Of a stretch of DNA of 64,000 nt, positions 1 through 13,879 are shown in pieces. The position numbers and the translations under genes are program-made. The stretch spans positions 8,868,001 through 8,932,000 of the forward strand of contig CM097885.1 of assembly GCA_044892525.1 (NCBI GenBank), given 5' to 3'. Within the stretch, counting starts at the first letter, position 1. Every line of letters starts with the position of its first letter. This DNA comes from Schmidtea polychroa. Taxonomy: Eukaryota. Below the pieces are notes generated by a model. That model was not told the DNA's origin. It ran no database searches and saw nothing but the letters and a program-made list of their open reading frames with translations.

Positions 1-744
1 TGAGATTGACGTTCACCAGAATCTAATCTTCTAATCACTTGCATTTTAGTTTCCAGTGAAATGATTTTTCTGGTTGCTTTATTTTCTTATTTTTCATTAT
101 CACCTATGATAAAAACTAAAGAGCATAATATTTGTCAATGTATTAATCGTTATAGTATTATATAAATTTATACTCACAATAATGTCAACAAATGTTTCAA
201 ATAATAAAAATCCTCATGTAACACCGCACCAAACAAAAAACACAACTGTACTGTTTCGTGGCGAATCCCCATAGTTCTACGAGCAATTTCGAGGATTTCC
301 TGCGTTGAAATAAAAGAGTGCTAAACCGAAACAGCGCTAAACGAAACAGCGTTAAGCGGCGTTTTACTGTATTCCTAGAATAATTTGAAAATCGAATATG
401 AATTGATTTAATATTAAACTCAATGCAATTGGATCAAATGAATAACTGTGTAATATGAACAGCTACAATATAGTATGTTAACGGAATCGCAGATAATTCA
501 ACAGAAAGCACTGATTATTATCTCACATTTTCCAATTCTTTGAATCTTGTGAAATTCTGTGAAATGTTTAACATAGGAGTCCAAGGTAGACAGCAACGAG
601 CAAGGGATTGGGTAAATCATAAATCATAGAAATGGCTGAATAGAAATCTGGAAATTTGACCAATAGAAAGAGAGAAACTAGCAAACTGCTGTAGAATCAA
701 TCAAATACAATTCATTAGGAAATTATTAATCAGTGAACTGTACC

Positions 745-1080
745 AGTAGGTAGACATGTCATCAGGACATTGATTTTTTCTTTTTTTTTATATAGGTCAA
801 TCAACTATAAACATGTCACCTCTAGGACACTATATAAAATAAGTAGGTCAAGCCAAAAATATGTAGGTCAACTCAAGAATTATATAGGTCAACTCAAAAA
901 TATATAGGTCAACTCAAAATTTTTGAATATGCATGACTTTCTCATGGTCTTTTACGAAATTTTCCTAAGTTTGTATGAAATTCAACCGATTTTATCGATT
1001 TTTCACAAATTTTCTGTTTTTATGTATGTCAAGGTGAAATTTTATTTTTTAAAGGTTATATTGATCGATGGCTTATTTTA
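745..1080 (+). mobile_element. Possible orphan left terminus of a Polinton-like element
   Basis: Starts AGTAGGTAG like the other elements' termini and is followed by repeated TAGGTCAA motifs. No matching right end or TSD found. Confidence 0.3.
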
Positions 1081-1143
1081 AAACCAGCTGCAAGACCTTT
1101 TTAATGAGCTGTAGATATCATTATTATCATTAGTAGTTTTAAA

Positions 1144-1518
1144 GGAGAACAGGATACTTCCCCCTTGGACATTTCACCCCTGTCATTCTTCCCTGGACAT
1201 TTACCCCAAGGATATTCACCCCATGAAATTTAAAATAAAATATAATGATCAATATAATGAATGACAGAGGGGAAATGTCCAGGGGGAAATATCCTGTTCC
1301 CAATAAAAATATATACCATTGCGACATTTTGAGTGTGTTATGTTACATTCAAAAGGCTGGGGGAAATGTCCAGGGGAGAATGATAAGGGGAAAATATCCT
1401 GGGGGAAATGTCCAGGGGAAAAGGTATGAGGGGAAAGGCTGGGGAGAAATTTCCAGAGAAGAATGACAGGGTGGAAATGTATGGGGGAAATGTCTAGGGG
1501 GACAATATCCTAGACTCT
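1144..1518. mobile_element. MITE with imperfect TIRs and internal GGGGAAATGTCC-type subrepeats
   Basis: Left GGATACTTCCCCCTTGGACATTTCACCCCTGTCATTCTT mirrors right AAGAATGACAGGGTGGAAATGT...GGGGGACAATATCC. TTTTAAA flanks both sides (1137-1143, 1519-1525). Confidence 0.6.
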
Positions 1519-1539
1519 TTTTAAAGATATTAACAATTG

Positions 1540-2086
1540 ATGACTAGTATCTTTTTCAAGGTCATATTATTATTTTTCAAGGTCATATTATTATTTATTT
1601 AAGGTCATATTTTAAAATTTTAAATTTTCAGACTTCCCATCAATGGATTCTATTGATTGATGGTTCATTCGAAAGGTATTTGAGAGGTAAGTATGACGGT
1701 CAGACCGTCAAAGGCTATTTTTCAAACCTTATAAAATGTATATCAACACATGGTATACTCTGAGTTTATCTGACAACATATTTTGTCCCCATATGGGGAT
1801 TGGTGGCAAGGGTACTGGTCACACTCAACATGTCACAAAAGTATATTATTATTACATTTATTATTTTTTCAAGGTCATATTTTCAAAATTAATATTTTAT
1901 GAGTTCACGACCATGGACTTTATTGAACAATAGCTCATTTTAAAGGTTGTTCAAAAGGCTTCACATGAAAATATTGTTAATAATAGTATTATTATCACTA
2001 GTATATATTTTATATATTTTATCATCTTATGAGTACTACTCACACTGAACATGTTACAAGGATATATTAATTTAATAATAATAATA
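1540..2086 (+). mobile_element. Degenerate Polinton subterminal sequence, interrupted by the Tc1-like element
   Basis: TTTTCAAGGTCATATT repeats, CATTCGAAAGGTATTTGAGAGG (inverted at 8265-8400) and a degenerate palindrome module at 1772-1787. Confidence 0.55.
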
Positions 2087-2321
2087 CAGGGTTTCTCAAA
2101 AATTTTAATTCGTTTGTCAAATGTCTTAATCCATTTTTCAAAAGTCGTCATCATTTTTTCTAAAGTCTTAATCCATTTTTTCAACATTCTCACTAGCTTC
2201 AACGGAAACAATAAAAAAATATAAAATGTATTTTAATACTTCGATCAACTTTAAATCATTCACGCATACTATTTTACCATATAAATCGATTGCAATTTAC
2301 AAAGTATAAAAATTACAAAAA

Positions 2322-3606
2322 ATGCACCATATGCAATCAAACCCCAAAATACATCGTGTACAACTGACAAACCAAATCAGGGAGTTAATATGCTCAAAGT
2401 TCGAGGCAGGAAAAGGACCGAGTGAGATTTCCAGAAAACTTGCAATCAACGCAAAGACTGTCACGAGCGTAATCCGGGTGTATAGTTCCACCGGAAGAAT
2501 CCATGCAATAAAGACGAAAAGTGGAAGACCAAAATCATTAAATGAAGCTGCTGTACAGTCTTTACAGTCACAGATACAAGAAAACGTATCAGTGACTTTA
2601 AATGCTATGAAGAGAAGATTACATTCCGATCTAAACGTTGTAGCATCTCATTCGACAATAGCTAGATCAATTAAAGCGTTTGAATACACACTCAAAAGGG
2701 TTCGATTGATACCCGAACGAAGAAACTCGGCTGATAATATCGAAAGGCGTTTCGAATATGCATCCGATTTCGTGCTCTTGAACGACGAGAAAACTTTTTT
2801 TGTTGATGAAATGGGACTTAGCTGTTCTAAGAGGTTGAATTATGGTCGCAGCCTAAGAGGAACAACACCCAGGAAACCAGTGCGATCCATAAGATCGAAA
2901 AATATTTCGACCGCTGCTGCAATATCTAAAAATACTGTCATGCATTTCAGCACTCGCGATACTGCATTCAATAGTAATCATTTTGGTGTTTTTTTGCAAG
3001 AGCTCAATGAAAAACTATCAACTTTAGGCATTGAAAATGCAACAATAATAATGGATAATGCCACGATTCACAATACCGACGAAATTCGAACTATATTTGC
3101 AAATTCTGACCATGATTTACTATTTCTTCCTCCATACTCCCCTTAATTAAATCCAATTGAAGAGGTGTTTTCAAAATGGGAACATATTGTTAAATCGATG
3201 GAATGCAATCAAGCAGATGAGTTATTGAGGGCTATAGCCCAGGGGTCTCAAACACGTGGCCCGCAACGAAAAAACATAGATTTGTAATTTAACCAAACTT
3301 ATTTAACAATTAAAATCATAATTGGCTGTATAAATTAAAACTTATCTTTTTAATTATTTTTATTTATACATATGACGTCTAGTACAATTTAATAATTTTA
3401 ATTAAATAAATATTAACGTCGGTGTTTCAGACTCCACATGTTCTGAAAAACAATTATTTATGTTGCGGCCCGCAGGCCAGTTTGAGTTTGAAACCCCTGC
3501 TATAGCCAGTGCCCACTTGGATATTACGCCCGAAGATTGTTTGCAGTATGTTCAACATATGAAAAGTTTCATAAGAAAAGGAGCCGAAGAGAACCTATTT
3601 AAATGA
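2322..3606 (+). pseudogene. DD34E transposase inactivated by a nonsense codon and a MITE insertion
   Basis: HTH N-terminus and FVDEMG / IMDNA / LPPYSP*LNPIEE motifs, with TAA at 3144-3146 in frame. Removing the MITE plus one TSD restores the frame to TGA at 3604-3606. 34 residues separate the second D and the E. Confidence 0.9.
3240..3499. mobile_element. hAT-type MITE nested in the transposase
   Basis: TIRs CAGGGGTCTCAAAC / GTTTGAAACCCCTG, subterminal GGCCCGC motifs, perfect 8-bp TSD CTATAGCC (3232-3239, 3500-3507). Confidence 0.92.
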
Positions 3607-3760
3607 TAATTTTTGAATTCCCGGGTTTTTATGTTTATTTAATTATATAATCGCTCAAATATTATTTACTTCATTTAATATTTTTTTTTAAATAACACTT
3701 TTTTTTTGAAAAATGGATTAAGACATTTGACAAACGGATTAAAATTTTTGAGAAACCCTG

Positions 3761-3807
<47 letters not shown>

Positions 3808-4078
3808 CTATTATTACTTGCAAAGTTCTTATTATTATTTTATATTCAAAGTTTCATTATTATTTACTTAAATATTCATAAAATTTAATTTCTGCATCAA
3901 TTTCATGACTATTTTCAACATTTTCATTATTATTATTAGAAGCTGCTAACGCATCTTTTAAATTATTTTTTATATCCGGTTCAAAAGTTAACGTCATAAT
4001 TCCAAGTATTTATTTAATGAAATATTGTATAATTTCTAAACAAATTTTCAGCGTTGAATAAAATATTTTAAAAACCAT

Positions 4079-4250
4079 TAAAACAATAAAGTGATAATTT
4101 AAGCCTTCTGCTGCGAACAATGTATTTAATGAAAAAATATTCGACTTTAAGTAACCCTTGTCAATTGACAAGGCCTATTTTATAGTCGACAAAAATTCAT
4201 TAAATACATTGTTCGCAGCAAAAGGCTTAAATTATCACTTTATTGTTTTA
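4079..4250. repeat. ~170-bp imperfect palindrome formed by two inverted copies of a dispersed repeat
   Basis: Arms AATAAAGTGATAATTTAAGCCTT.TGCTGCGAACAATGTATTTAATGAA and its reverse complement; centre CCTTGTCAATTGACAAGG. Single arms recur at ~24297-24385 and ~54480-54565. Confidence 0.8.
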
Positions 4251-5089
4251 TTTTTATTATTATTATTATTATTGCAAATATTAGTGACAAACCTGAAGTA
4301 TTTATTTTTACACACATACTTTAAATAATGGGGTAGAGAATTATTGTGTGTTTGCTTTAGGTAATAATTAAGAGTGTATTGACATTCGAAATGGAGTGCC
4401 AACAGAAAATTGGTATATATACAGACTGATATTTCAGTCAAAGCACCCAAAAAATCATTTGCGAAGAAGAATTGCAAATTCAGTAATTGATATTGCAATA
4501 TAAATTTGAGCATACAGATTTACATAACCGAGCTCAGGTGATAGCATTTAGAGACTATTAGCAAAGAAAACAAGACAAAAAGAGAACCTTATATAACATT
4601 ACATAATTGACTGTGTGAAAAGGTGAATATTTTATTTTGTAATATATCATTATTCTTATCAAATAAAAGTCTTGAACGAGCCAGTGTTTGACTTATTTAT
4701 TTATATAGGATCATCAAGTTGAGATTCTTGGAACCTCAACACATGTTAATTTCTGTATGGTTAATATTATTTATAGATATTATACAGCTGGTTAATTTCA
4801 ACATCGATATATTGAAGCCGAACTTATCAAATAGATTTTGAATTACTTAATGTTTGAAAGATTTATTTATTTTGGCCAGGAATATATAATCTTCATCATT
4901 TATTGTTAGAAGTTTATCTATTATTAAAAAAGAATGATCGCAATCAATAGACAATTCTTGTACCTTATTTAAAATAATTAAATTACTAAATAATTATAAC
5001 ATCAAACCTGTGGATCGTTTGAAGACATCGAGGAATATTTGTGAATGTTGTAAATGAAGTTATTAGACCTATTTATATATATATATATG

Positions 5090-5975
5090 AGTAGGTAGTT
5101 AGGGGCTCCCGGCAACAATAGGGGGAGGGGGGGGGGGGGGGGTAAAAAATGTTGCAACTTCTGATTGCGTAACTTTTGCCGTAGACATTTTTTTTATTAC
5201 ATAATTGTTCCCGTACGCTCCAATGACTTTTTTTTCTGGGATTTTCAATAGAAAAATTGTTTTCAATACAAAAAGTCAAGGATAAGTCAGTACTATTTGG
5301 ATGGGTTTCCTTGGTCCTGAGAATTTCAATACAAAATCCGGCTATCATTAAAAAAGCATGGATTATTCTGAGTGAGGGGGTCTCGACGGTCCTGAGAATT
5401 TCAATAGAAAAAGGTGGTCTACACTAAAAAGCATGGAATAATTTAGACTATAATGAGGGGTCACCTTGGTCCTATGATTTTCAATAAAAAAGGGGGGGGG
5501 GGGGTTTACACTTAAAAAACACGGTAGTTTTTGAATTAAAGCAAATTATGGTCTAAAATTTAAAATTAAAGTTAATTTAGGTCTAAATTTTTTCAGTTAA
5601 AGTTAATTAAGACTCAAATAAGTAAAGTAAGATTCTAAAAAATTAAATTAAAGTAAATTAAGGTCTAAAATTTAAAATTAGAGTTAATTAAGATCCAAAT
5701 TGAAAAATTAAGTAATCAATGGTCAAAATTTTTAAATAAGTAAATTAATGTAATAATTTTTAAATAAGTAATATAATAAGTAAATTAAAGTAAAATTTTA
5801 AAATTCATTAACAAAAAGTTGGAATAATAGTCAGTAATTGAGAATTGAAATTTTTTAATGAAAATTTTTATGAAATTTTTTTAGGATAATTTTAAATGAA
5901 AATTTTAATGTAATAATTTTTTATGTAAATTTTTTTTAAGTTATTTTTTTTTATAGATTAATAATAATAATTATT

Positions 5976-6035
<60 letters not shown>

Positions 6036-7775
6036 GTAATAATAGTAATAATATTTCAACCAAATACTATACAACACATAAAAATAACTAGACACATATC
6101 AAAACATATAAACATTAACTAAACACATAAAAATAACTAGACACAAAACAAACATAAAAATTTACCAAACACATAAAAAGAACAAAATTAAAGATATAAA
6201 ATTTTATTTAATAAAATCATTCTTCATCAGATAAAATAATGTCATTAATATCAGCTTCTCCAACAACTTCTCCAATATCTTCTCCAACATCTTCTTCATC
6301 AAATTCTTCTCCAACAATTTCTCCAACATTTAAATAACTTAATCTTACATGCCCATATGCTAAACTAGTATTTTTCCCCAGCCAAACCCTTTTGTCATCT
6401 GCGTTAGTTAGTGCTATTTTAGTATTTTTAATTGTAAAAATTTGATGATTTTTGCTTGTTATTTTTGTTTGAGGAATCGAAAAAATTTGATTAGTGTTAT
6501 AACAATCCAGATATGACTGATGTTTTATGTCACTACCTTTCAATGTTACACCTTTAGACTTTTTTGTTTCCTCATCACCCAACAAGCTATAACACTGAGG
6601 TCTAAGAAATACCCATTCCTTATATTTAAGACCTTTATTCTCGTCTTTGAACTTTCCAATGACAAAATCAAGGTTCTTACTATATAAGGAATGTCAACTA
6701 TTGTAATTGGAAGTATCTAATAAATTATCTCGAATCATTGCAGGTAGAAGAACCTCAAGTTTACAGTTAATTACTTCGAGGAAAAAAGAGTCTGTATCAC
6801 CTGCAACGATATTAATTTTACAACTAAACTCATTGCGAAATGATTCTAAATCCTTATATTGTAATTCATACATTCTAAATTTAGATAGATCAAGTACAGA
6901 CTGACCAATGTAACCTGGTCTATCTAAACATATAGAATCTGAATTCAATAATGCTGCAATTAAATTATCATCTAAAATAACTTAAAAAATTATTCCATTA
7001 AAATTTTCATTTTAAATTATCCTAAAAAAAATTGATCTATAAAAAATTTCAGTAAAAAAATTACTTAAAAAAAAATATTTCATAAAAATTTTCAATTCTC
7101 AATTACTGAATATTATTCCAACTTTTTGTTAATAAATTTTAAAATTTTACTAAATTTACTCATTATATTACTTATTTAAAAATTATTACATTAATTTACT
7201 TATTTAAAAATTTTGACCATTGATTACTTAATTTTTCAATTTGGATCTTAATTAACTCTAATTTTAAATTTTAGACCTTAATTTACTTTAATTTAATTTT
7301 TTAGAATCTTACTTTACTTATTTGAGTCTTAATTAACTTTAACTGAAAAAATTTAGACCTAAATTAACTTTAATTTTAAATTTTAGACCATAATTTGCTT
7401 TAATTCAAAAATTTACCATGATTTTTTAGTGTAAACCCCCCTTTTTTATTGAAAATCACAGGACCAAGGTGACCAATCATTACAATCTAAATAATTCCAT
7501 GCTTTTTAGTGTAGACCACCTTTTTCTATTGAAATTCTCAGGACCATCGAGACTCCTTCACTATAGTCTGAATAATCCATGCTTTTTTTATTGATAGCCG
7601 GATTTTGTATTGCAATTCTCAGGACCAAGGAGACCCATCCAAATAATACTGACTTATCCTTGGCTCTTTGTATTATGTAATCAAAAAATATGTCTACGGC
7701 AAAAATTATGCAATCACAAGTTGCAACATTTTTACCCCCCCCCCTATTGTTTCCGGGAGCCCCTAACTTCCTACT
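5090..7775. mobile_element. Element A: 2.7-kb non-autonomous Polinton/Maverick derivative
   Basis: Termini AGTAGGTAGTTAGGGGCTCCCGG / CCGGGAGCCCCTAACTTCCTACT, 6-bp TSD TATATG (5084-5089, 7776-7781), ~0.8-kb diverged TIRs, pPolB fragment inside. Confidence 0.92.
6217..6975 (-). pseudogene. C-terminal fragment of protein-primed DNA polymerase B
   Basis: LDRPGYIGQSVLDLSK, IVAGDTDSFF, GKFKDE, LRPQCYS, KSKGV, DDKR...LAYGH. Frameshift near 6690; clearly homologous to 54859-56787. Confidence 0.9.
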
Positions 7776-7787
7776 TATATGTTTCAT

Positions 7788-7789
<2 letters not shown>

Positions 7790-7871
<82 letters not shown>

Positions 7872-8692
7872 TATAATAATTATAATAATACTTATAATAA
7901 TAATATTTTTACTTTATTAAAACAAATTAAGACAACATTTGCGCGCACGGATTTCCCTTTGAACTACCTTTAAAATGACCCCTTGATCAATAAAATCCAA
8001 GCAAAGGTACTCTCAAAATATTAATTTTAAGAAAATACACACACGCAATCTTTAATTAAACTATATATCCGCCATCTTGAAAAATATGACCTTGACCTTT
8101 GAAAGTATGACCATGATACTTACATCTCAAATACCTTTCGAATGATATATATATATATAATGATATATATATATATATTATAAGGTTTGAAAAATTCGAA
8201 GGTTTTTACCCTTTGAAGGTTATTGACCAACCATACACCTTCGAGGATATGACCATTAGATAGACCTCTCAAATACTTTTCGTCTGGTATATATATTATA
8301 AAGTTTGGAAAAAATTCGAAGGTTTTTACCCTTTGAAGGCCGAGGACCCACCATTCACCTTTGAGGGTATGACCATTAGATATACCTCTCAAATACCTTT
8401 CGAGTGATACCCTTTGGTGAAGATTTGACCTTAAAAAATATATCCTTGGCCTTAAAAAATATGACCTTGACCTTTAAAATATGACCTTGGCCTTAAAAAT
8501 ATGACCTTGATGAGTCATCCAATGACATTGAATGAGTCATGGTCTTTGTTTCGATGACCTTGATGAGTCATCCAATGACCTTGATGAGTCATCGGATGAG
8601 TCATGGCCTTTGTTTCAATGACACTGATGAGTCATATGTCTTTGTTTAAAATTTGACCTTGACATGTGCCAGTGGTGACACATCCTACTACT
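7790..8692. mobile_element. Orphan right TIR of a Polinton-like element
   Basis: Ends ...GACACATCCTACTACT. Dense TGACCTTG and ATGAGTCAT repeats; 7890-8500 closely resembles 51160-51625. No partner end or TSD found. Confidence 0.7.
8495..8665. promoter_or_regulatory. Cluster of AP-1-type (TGAGTCA), TGACCTTG and CTTTGTT motifs in a Polinton TIR
   Basis: Six ATGAGTCAT copies interleaved with TGACCTTG, CTTTGTT and CCAAT within ~170 bp. Function is inferred. Confidence 0.55.
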
Positions 8693-9446
8693 CATATTTA
8701 TCGAAATGACTTCTATTTATATTTTGAACATCTATTAATTATAATGATAATATGAATGCATTTTTTATACATGTATCTTCTATTTATCTTTATTTGGTTA
8801 TTCGTTTTTAATAAAATTCCCATTTTTTCGATTTTTCTTTTTGAATTAGATGCAAAATAATTTTTCTATATATTGTCCTGCATATGCTTTAATTTCCATA
8901 CAGGTAATTTAAACAATGTTACATTTTCATGTATGTGAGGAACCCAGGATGGATAATGACCTACCGAGCTTTTTTCCAATTTACAGGGTAACATTATTAC
9001 GGAAACAGGTTTGAAGATGGTCTTTTCTCTTAATTTTTCTATTATCTGAATAGATACAAATCCATCTAGTTTACAGGTTTTGACCCAATAGTCACTATGT
9101 GCGTAAACAGGACCTCGTGCAAATAACCCCACATATCTGAATTGAGGTGTTTCTCTCCTTTTTTACAGTTTCGGTGATAGGAAGTTGCTATTTTATGAAA
9201 ATACAAAAATAAGGTATAAATAAAGATATAAGAGATTAAATGAAGTGCATTTACGAAAATTGTTACATACATACATTACATTGCGGGTAATAAAATATAC
9301 TGCTTAACTGTGTTATTAAATAATTGAAGTGTCATTTAAACAAGAAACATGCGCAAAGATGACCAAAAAATTAAAGGATTTTACTAATAAAAATAAATTA
9401 TCAATCATGTAAATAAAGAGGTGAAATAAATAAATAGAATAATTTT

Positions 9447-12400
9447 TTATTTTCTTTTATAATATCTACAGAATAAATTGTAATATTTGTTTGAACAGTC
9501 ATTAGTGTTGCAGTAAAGTGATCCACAGGACAAACATTTGACATTGGGATTTGATATGTTGATCTTATTATTTGTTATAAACTTTTGATCGTGCAGTATT
9601 GACAAGGGCCGCATCAATCCTTGGGGAATTTTCCTTTCATTAATTAATGTCTGCTTTTGATAGAACCTCATTTCTTCCAAACGTTTATGAAAATATTTGC
9701 TTGAATTTTCATTTGATTCTTGTTTTTCATGTTCGACAAAATTATATGAAGATTTAGGACGATTTAATTTTGGGGTTGGAGATTTATTCTCCTTGTGAGA
9801 TTTTTTATTTGAAGTTATGTAGAGAAACACTTTTCTGGTGCTCTGATATTGTGACAATTGGGTTGATGATCTGGAAAAAGATAATTAGTAATTTATTAAT
9901 AATTTTTTCAGAAGACTTAATATTTATGGGCTCAGTTGTATTGAAAAATTATAATTATATATGTTGATGTTGAATAATCTATGAAAATAGCGAATTCATC
10001 ATTGCCGCCAGAAATTAGTCAAAGTTAAGTAAAAAATAAAAATTTAGAAATCAAATTACCAAAAAACTAAAATAAGATAATTTCAGGATTAAAAGAAATA
10101 GGAATTATATAGTAAAATTTTTAAGTATTATAGAATATTTAAGAAAATAGCCACTATTCGGATTGTCAGCTGTTACAACATTATTATCTGTTTCTAAATC
10201 ACTAAATAATTCCATAAATTTTATTTAATAGATTATACACTCAAAAACCTATCTTTTCTTTAGTTTGTTATTTAAACAAATTTCAATCTTTCTTTTAAAA
10301 TATTTTTAGATAAAAATATTTTTTAAAAATGCTAAATTTCAATTTTCTTTTTAAATTTTTTTCAATAAAAATATTTTTTAAATTTAACAAAATTTCAAAT
10401 TATAACTTTAATAATCTTTCAACTTCCTCGTAGCCATATCAATCATAGTGGCGAAATTAAAAATGCAGAATAATGCAGAAGATCCATGATCGCCGATATC
10501 TGCTACAAGGCCAAAGTGGGAAAATGCTTCAAAGAAATGTTGAAAAGATGAAGAAACTTCTTAAAGAAAAGGGATGTGAGGTGTTTTCAGCTGAGAGTTA
10601 AATATTTCAAAGGTTTATCAAAATAATTTTAAATTGTAAATAATTGACTATTAAAAAAAATTTTAAATAATTTTTAAATTGGATTTTTCAAGTTGAAATT
10701 TTTAAATTAAAAATTAAAATAGCTTTTTTAAAAAGAAGTTTTTTTTTAATGAAAAATTTTAAATAAATATGTTTTAAATATTGAAATATTTTGATAAATG
10801 GTTTTGAAAATATTTTATTCAACGAGGAAAATTTGTTTGGAAATTATACAATATTTCATTAAATAAATATTTGGAATTATGTCTTTAACTTTTGAACCGG
10901 ATTTAAAAAATAATTTAGAAGATTTTTTAGAAGTTTCTAATAATCAGTATTATGAGAAACTTAAAAGTTTTCGAATCATAATACAATATCAAGTAATGAG
11001 AAAACTATTTAGGAACTGACCGTCATGAAACAAATAAATGCTTTATAAATTCACGCGTAACAATTTCCGCCGAACGAGATAAATAATAATTAGCATGTTT
11101 TGACTTTATGTATTTCGAATTTATTAATTACTCAACTGGTATAAAGTGGTAAAGCAACCTTGTACTCTGGGTTACGCTGGAAAAATTACGAAAAGGTATA
11201 GTTTGGTTACCTATAACCCACAGAGTCAAAATTATGAAAACTGTTTGGTTTTTGTTTTCACTGAGAATTTTATTTAACGACAAATAAAAATACCATAAAT
11301 AGAGTTACTCAATTTAATGTATTTTTTAATATTAATTTTAAGTTTTAATAGTTCTTATAACGCAATTCATTCTGTCACAATTGTCAGGTGAATATTAAAT
11401 GTTACGAAGAGCAGTATATGGTTATAAAAATCCCTGTTAGAATAATTTTTTAAAGTCCAGAAAAAATATTATTGAGAGTGATGCATCAGGGTATCCCACG
11501 CGGCACTTTGCGTAAGAAAAAATAATTTTTTCAGAATAAAGAAATATTTAAATAAATATTGCAATTTTACAATAATTTTTAAAGTGGTAATATTAGTTGT
11601 GCTCTAAAAGTATTTAAAAGATCACATAAATGCTTTAATACACCTGTTGTTTAAAATGAGCTATAATTTTAATTCTGCAATAGATAATCGAAAGCTTAAA
11701 TAAATTAGATGGAATCTTAAAATTATTAATCTTAATCCTAAATTAATTTTTTAATATATTTTATAGCTCACTTTTATTTATATAAGAGTAAAGGTAATAT
11801 TAGAGCATATTTAATAACCACCCAATTTTAAATATTCATTTATTTTTATTTTACCTTGATAAATTGTAAAAGTTCTGGCTGGAATATTGAAGGGGAGTCG
11901 AACTGAGCTCTGATTTATTCTGATATTTTCTGGCACTCTACAAATCATCACTACCACATTATAAATTGGAATTATAATTTAATATAATAAATATAAAAAT
12001 TTTATAAAAATACGACATACTGAATGGTTGCGTTCGTAGAAGTGGCAAGACTGGCATTTCATCAACGTGTCAAACATCAAATGAGGTTATGAGATGTCAT
12101 CTTGTTGAAAGGAGAATAAATTTCAATAAAAATTAAAACTGTCCCATTAAGACGAGTAAGAAAAAATAAATTTCTGCATGCCATTATGAACAGTAAAAAA
12201 AACAATCACCAGTCTGGGATTTTTATGACATAATTTCAGATGAGGAATTATGTTGAGCAAATAAATTTCCTTTAAGAATGGGAATAATATGTCAAATTCA
12301 ACACTGAGAGGTCATAGATTATTTATACGTACATATCTGTAACAATTCGTTTATGATCAGATTTCCATCTCCTCTCTGTTTGTTCACTCAGCCCAATTCG

Positions 12401-12480
12401 AAAGAAAAAAGAGTTTGTAAAATTATTTCCTTTCTTTTTACATTAATGTTGCGCAGCATCATTTTATCAATATTTTCTAG
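9447..12480 (-). CDS. Probable multi-exon host gene of unknown function (boundaries approximate)
   Basis: Minus-strand ORF 9447-9857 plus several GC-richer blocks bounded by GT/AG-like ends (~10150-10195, 11855-11940, 12020-12100, 12330-12480). No recognisable domain and exon phases not resolved. Confidence 0.3.
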
Positions 12481-12972
12481 TACAGAACTCATTTTCATTT
12501 AAAAAATTTAATAAAAAAATCTAATAAATGTAAAAAAATTGCAAATTTTGCAAAAAAAAACAATTAAAATTATTAATAAATCATACAATATGGGTTTCAA
12601 GAATAAAAGTTGTAATAAGTTTTACCCCTCACTCCTTGTGTTCCCTACACTTGGGAAATATTTCATAATAATTTATAATTGAAATTTAATTCAGGACTTT
12701 CAAAACTCTCATGGACAGAGACCCGCTTTCAAAAACGGAAATTTTCCTTGTCCTACGCAAAGGGCCGAGTAAAATTAAAAAAACTTAATTTTTTTCAGTT
12801 TTTTATTTAATATATATTTTTAATATATATTTTATTATCATAAATCTAGCTAGAAAATTTAAAAAGTATTTATTTAACAAATAAAATATTACAGCTAATC
12901 AGATTTACTCATTTTAATTAAATTATTAAATTAATAAAACATTATAGCTATGACTAAAAGTCACCTTTTGGG

Positions 12973-13241
12973 CATTAGCATAACTACGGGGTCGCAGGTC
13001 CCGCAACGGCCCATTTTCAAACCTTAAAAAATGAAATATTTTAAATAATAAATGCACAGCAGAAAGGCCATTTTTGAAACTTAAGTTCATCAAAAATTAT
13101 TTTCGTAATTCGATGGGTCAAGAACGCCTTAGTGGTTTAGCCTTGTTGAGAATTGAAGCCTTACGGGCAAAAGTTATAGATGGTGACCAGCTCATTGACC
13201 GATTTGCAGAGATATAGAGACGTCGCAAAGACTTGTCTTAG
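12973..13241 (+). pseudogene. hAT transposon remnant (dimerisation-domain fragment) adjacent to element B
   Basis: Translates FLKLKFIKNYFRNSMGQERLSGLALLRIEA, a typical hATC motif. hAT-like end CATTAGCATAACTAC at 12973. Confidence 0.7.
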
Positions 13242-13879
13242 AATACTCATCTCTACTCATAGTACTGTACTAAATACAAAATTGTTGTTGATTTATGATT
13301 TGATAACATTTCAGTAACATTTTCATTAATAACAGTAGTAGGATTGGGGCCATCCAGATCAGGGGCCCTCTCGATCACATACCCCTCCCCCCTGGGAAAA
13401 AATTTTTTAGAACGATGCCACATATTTTTAGAACTATTACGTAACCAATGCCTAATATTTTTAGAACTGTTGCGTAATTTTTTTAAATTAAGTGATCTGG
13501 CGGGCTCACATTCTTTTTCATCCCAAAAATTAATGTTCTCGTTAACAAATTTTATTAACCGATACCTCATCTTAAAGCTCAGTCCAAGACCTTTCGAATG
13601 AGTTATAGGTATCTTATATATCTTTAATAGTTTTAATGTTATTAACAATTGATGACCACCATCTTTTCAACGTTAAATTATTATTATTTTCCAAAATATT
13701 ATTAAGTGATCTGGCGGGCTCACACTTGTTTTCATCCCAAAAATTAATGTTCCCATTATCCGAATTTATTGGACGATACCTCATCTTAAAGCTCAGTGCA
13801 AGACCTTTCGAATGAGCTATTGAAGGTATCATCATCATTAATATTAACAAAGAGAATGACTCACCCAATGACTCACCCA

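Larger units (their letters stand above)
2087..3760 (+). mobile_element. Tc1/mariner-IS630 superfamily DNA transposon (DD34E)
   Basis: TIRs CAGGGTTTCTCAAAAATTTTAAT... / ...ATTAAAATTTTTGAGAAACCCTG of ~55 bp, TA on both sides (2085-2086, 3761-3762), transposase inside. Confidence 0.92.

Noticed and set aside
300..371. pogo/Tc1-like end ...GCGGCGTTTTACTG-TA
   Set aside because: Only one terminus is visible in the window, so the element cannot be delimited.
4400..5060. Exon-like blocks with GT/AG boundaries
   Set aside because: Could not be joined into an open frame or assigned a product.
745..8692. Pairing the 745 left end with the 8692 right end as one element
   Set aside because: The termini are not reverse complements and the flanks (TGTACC vs CATATT) are not a TSD.
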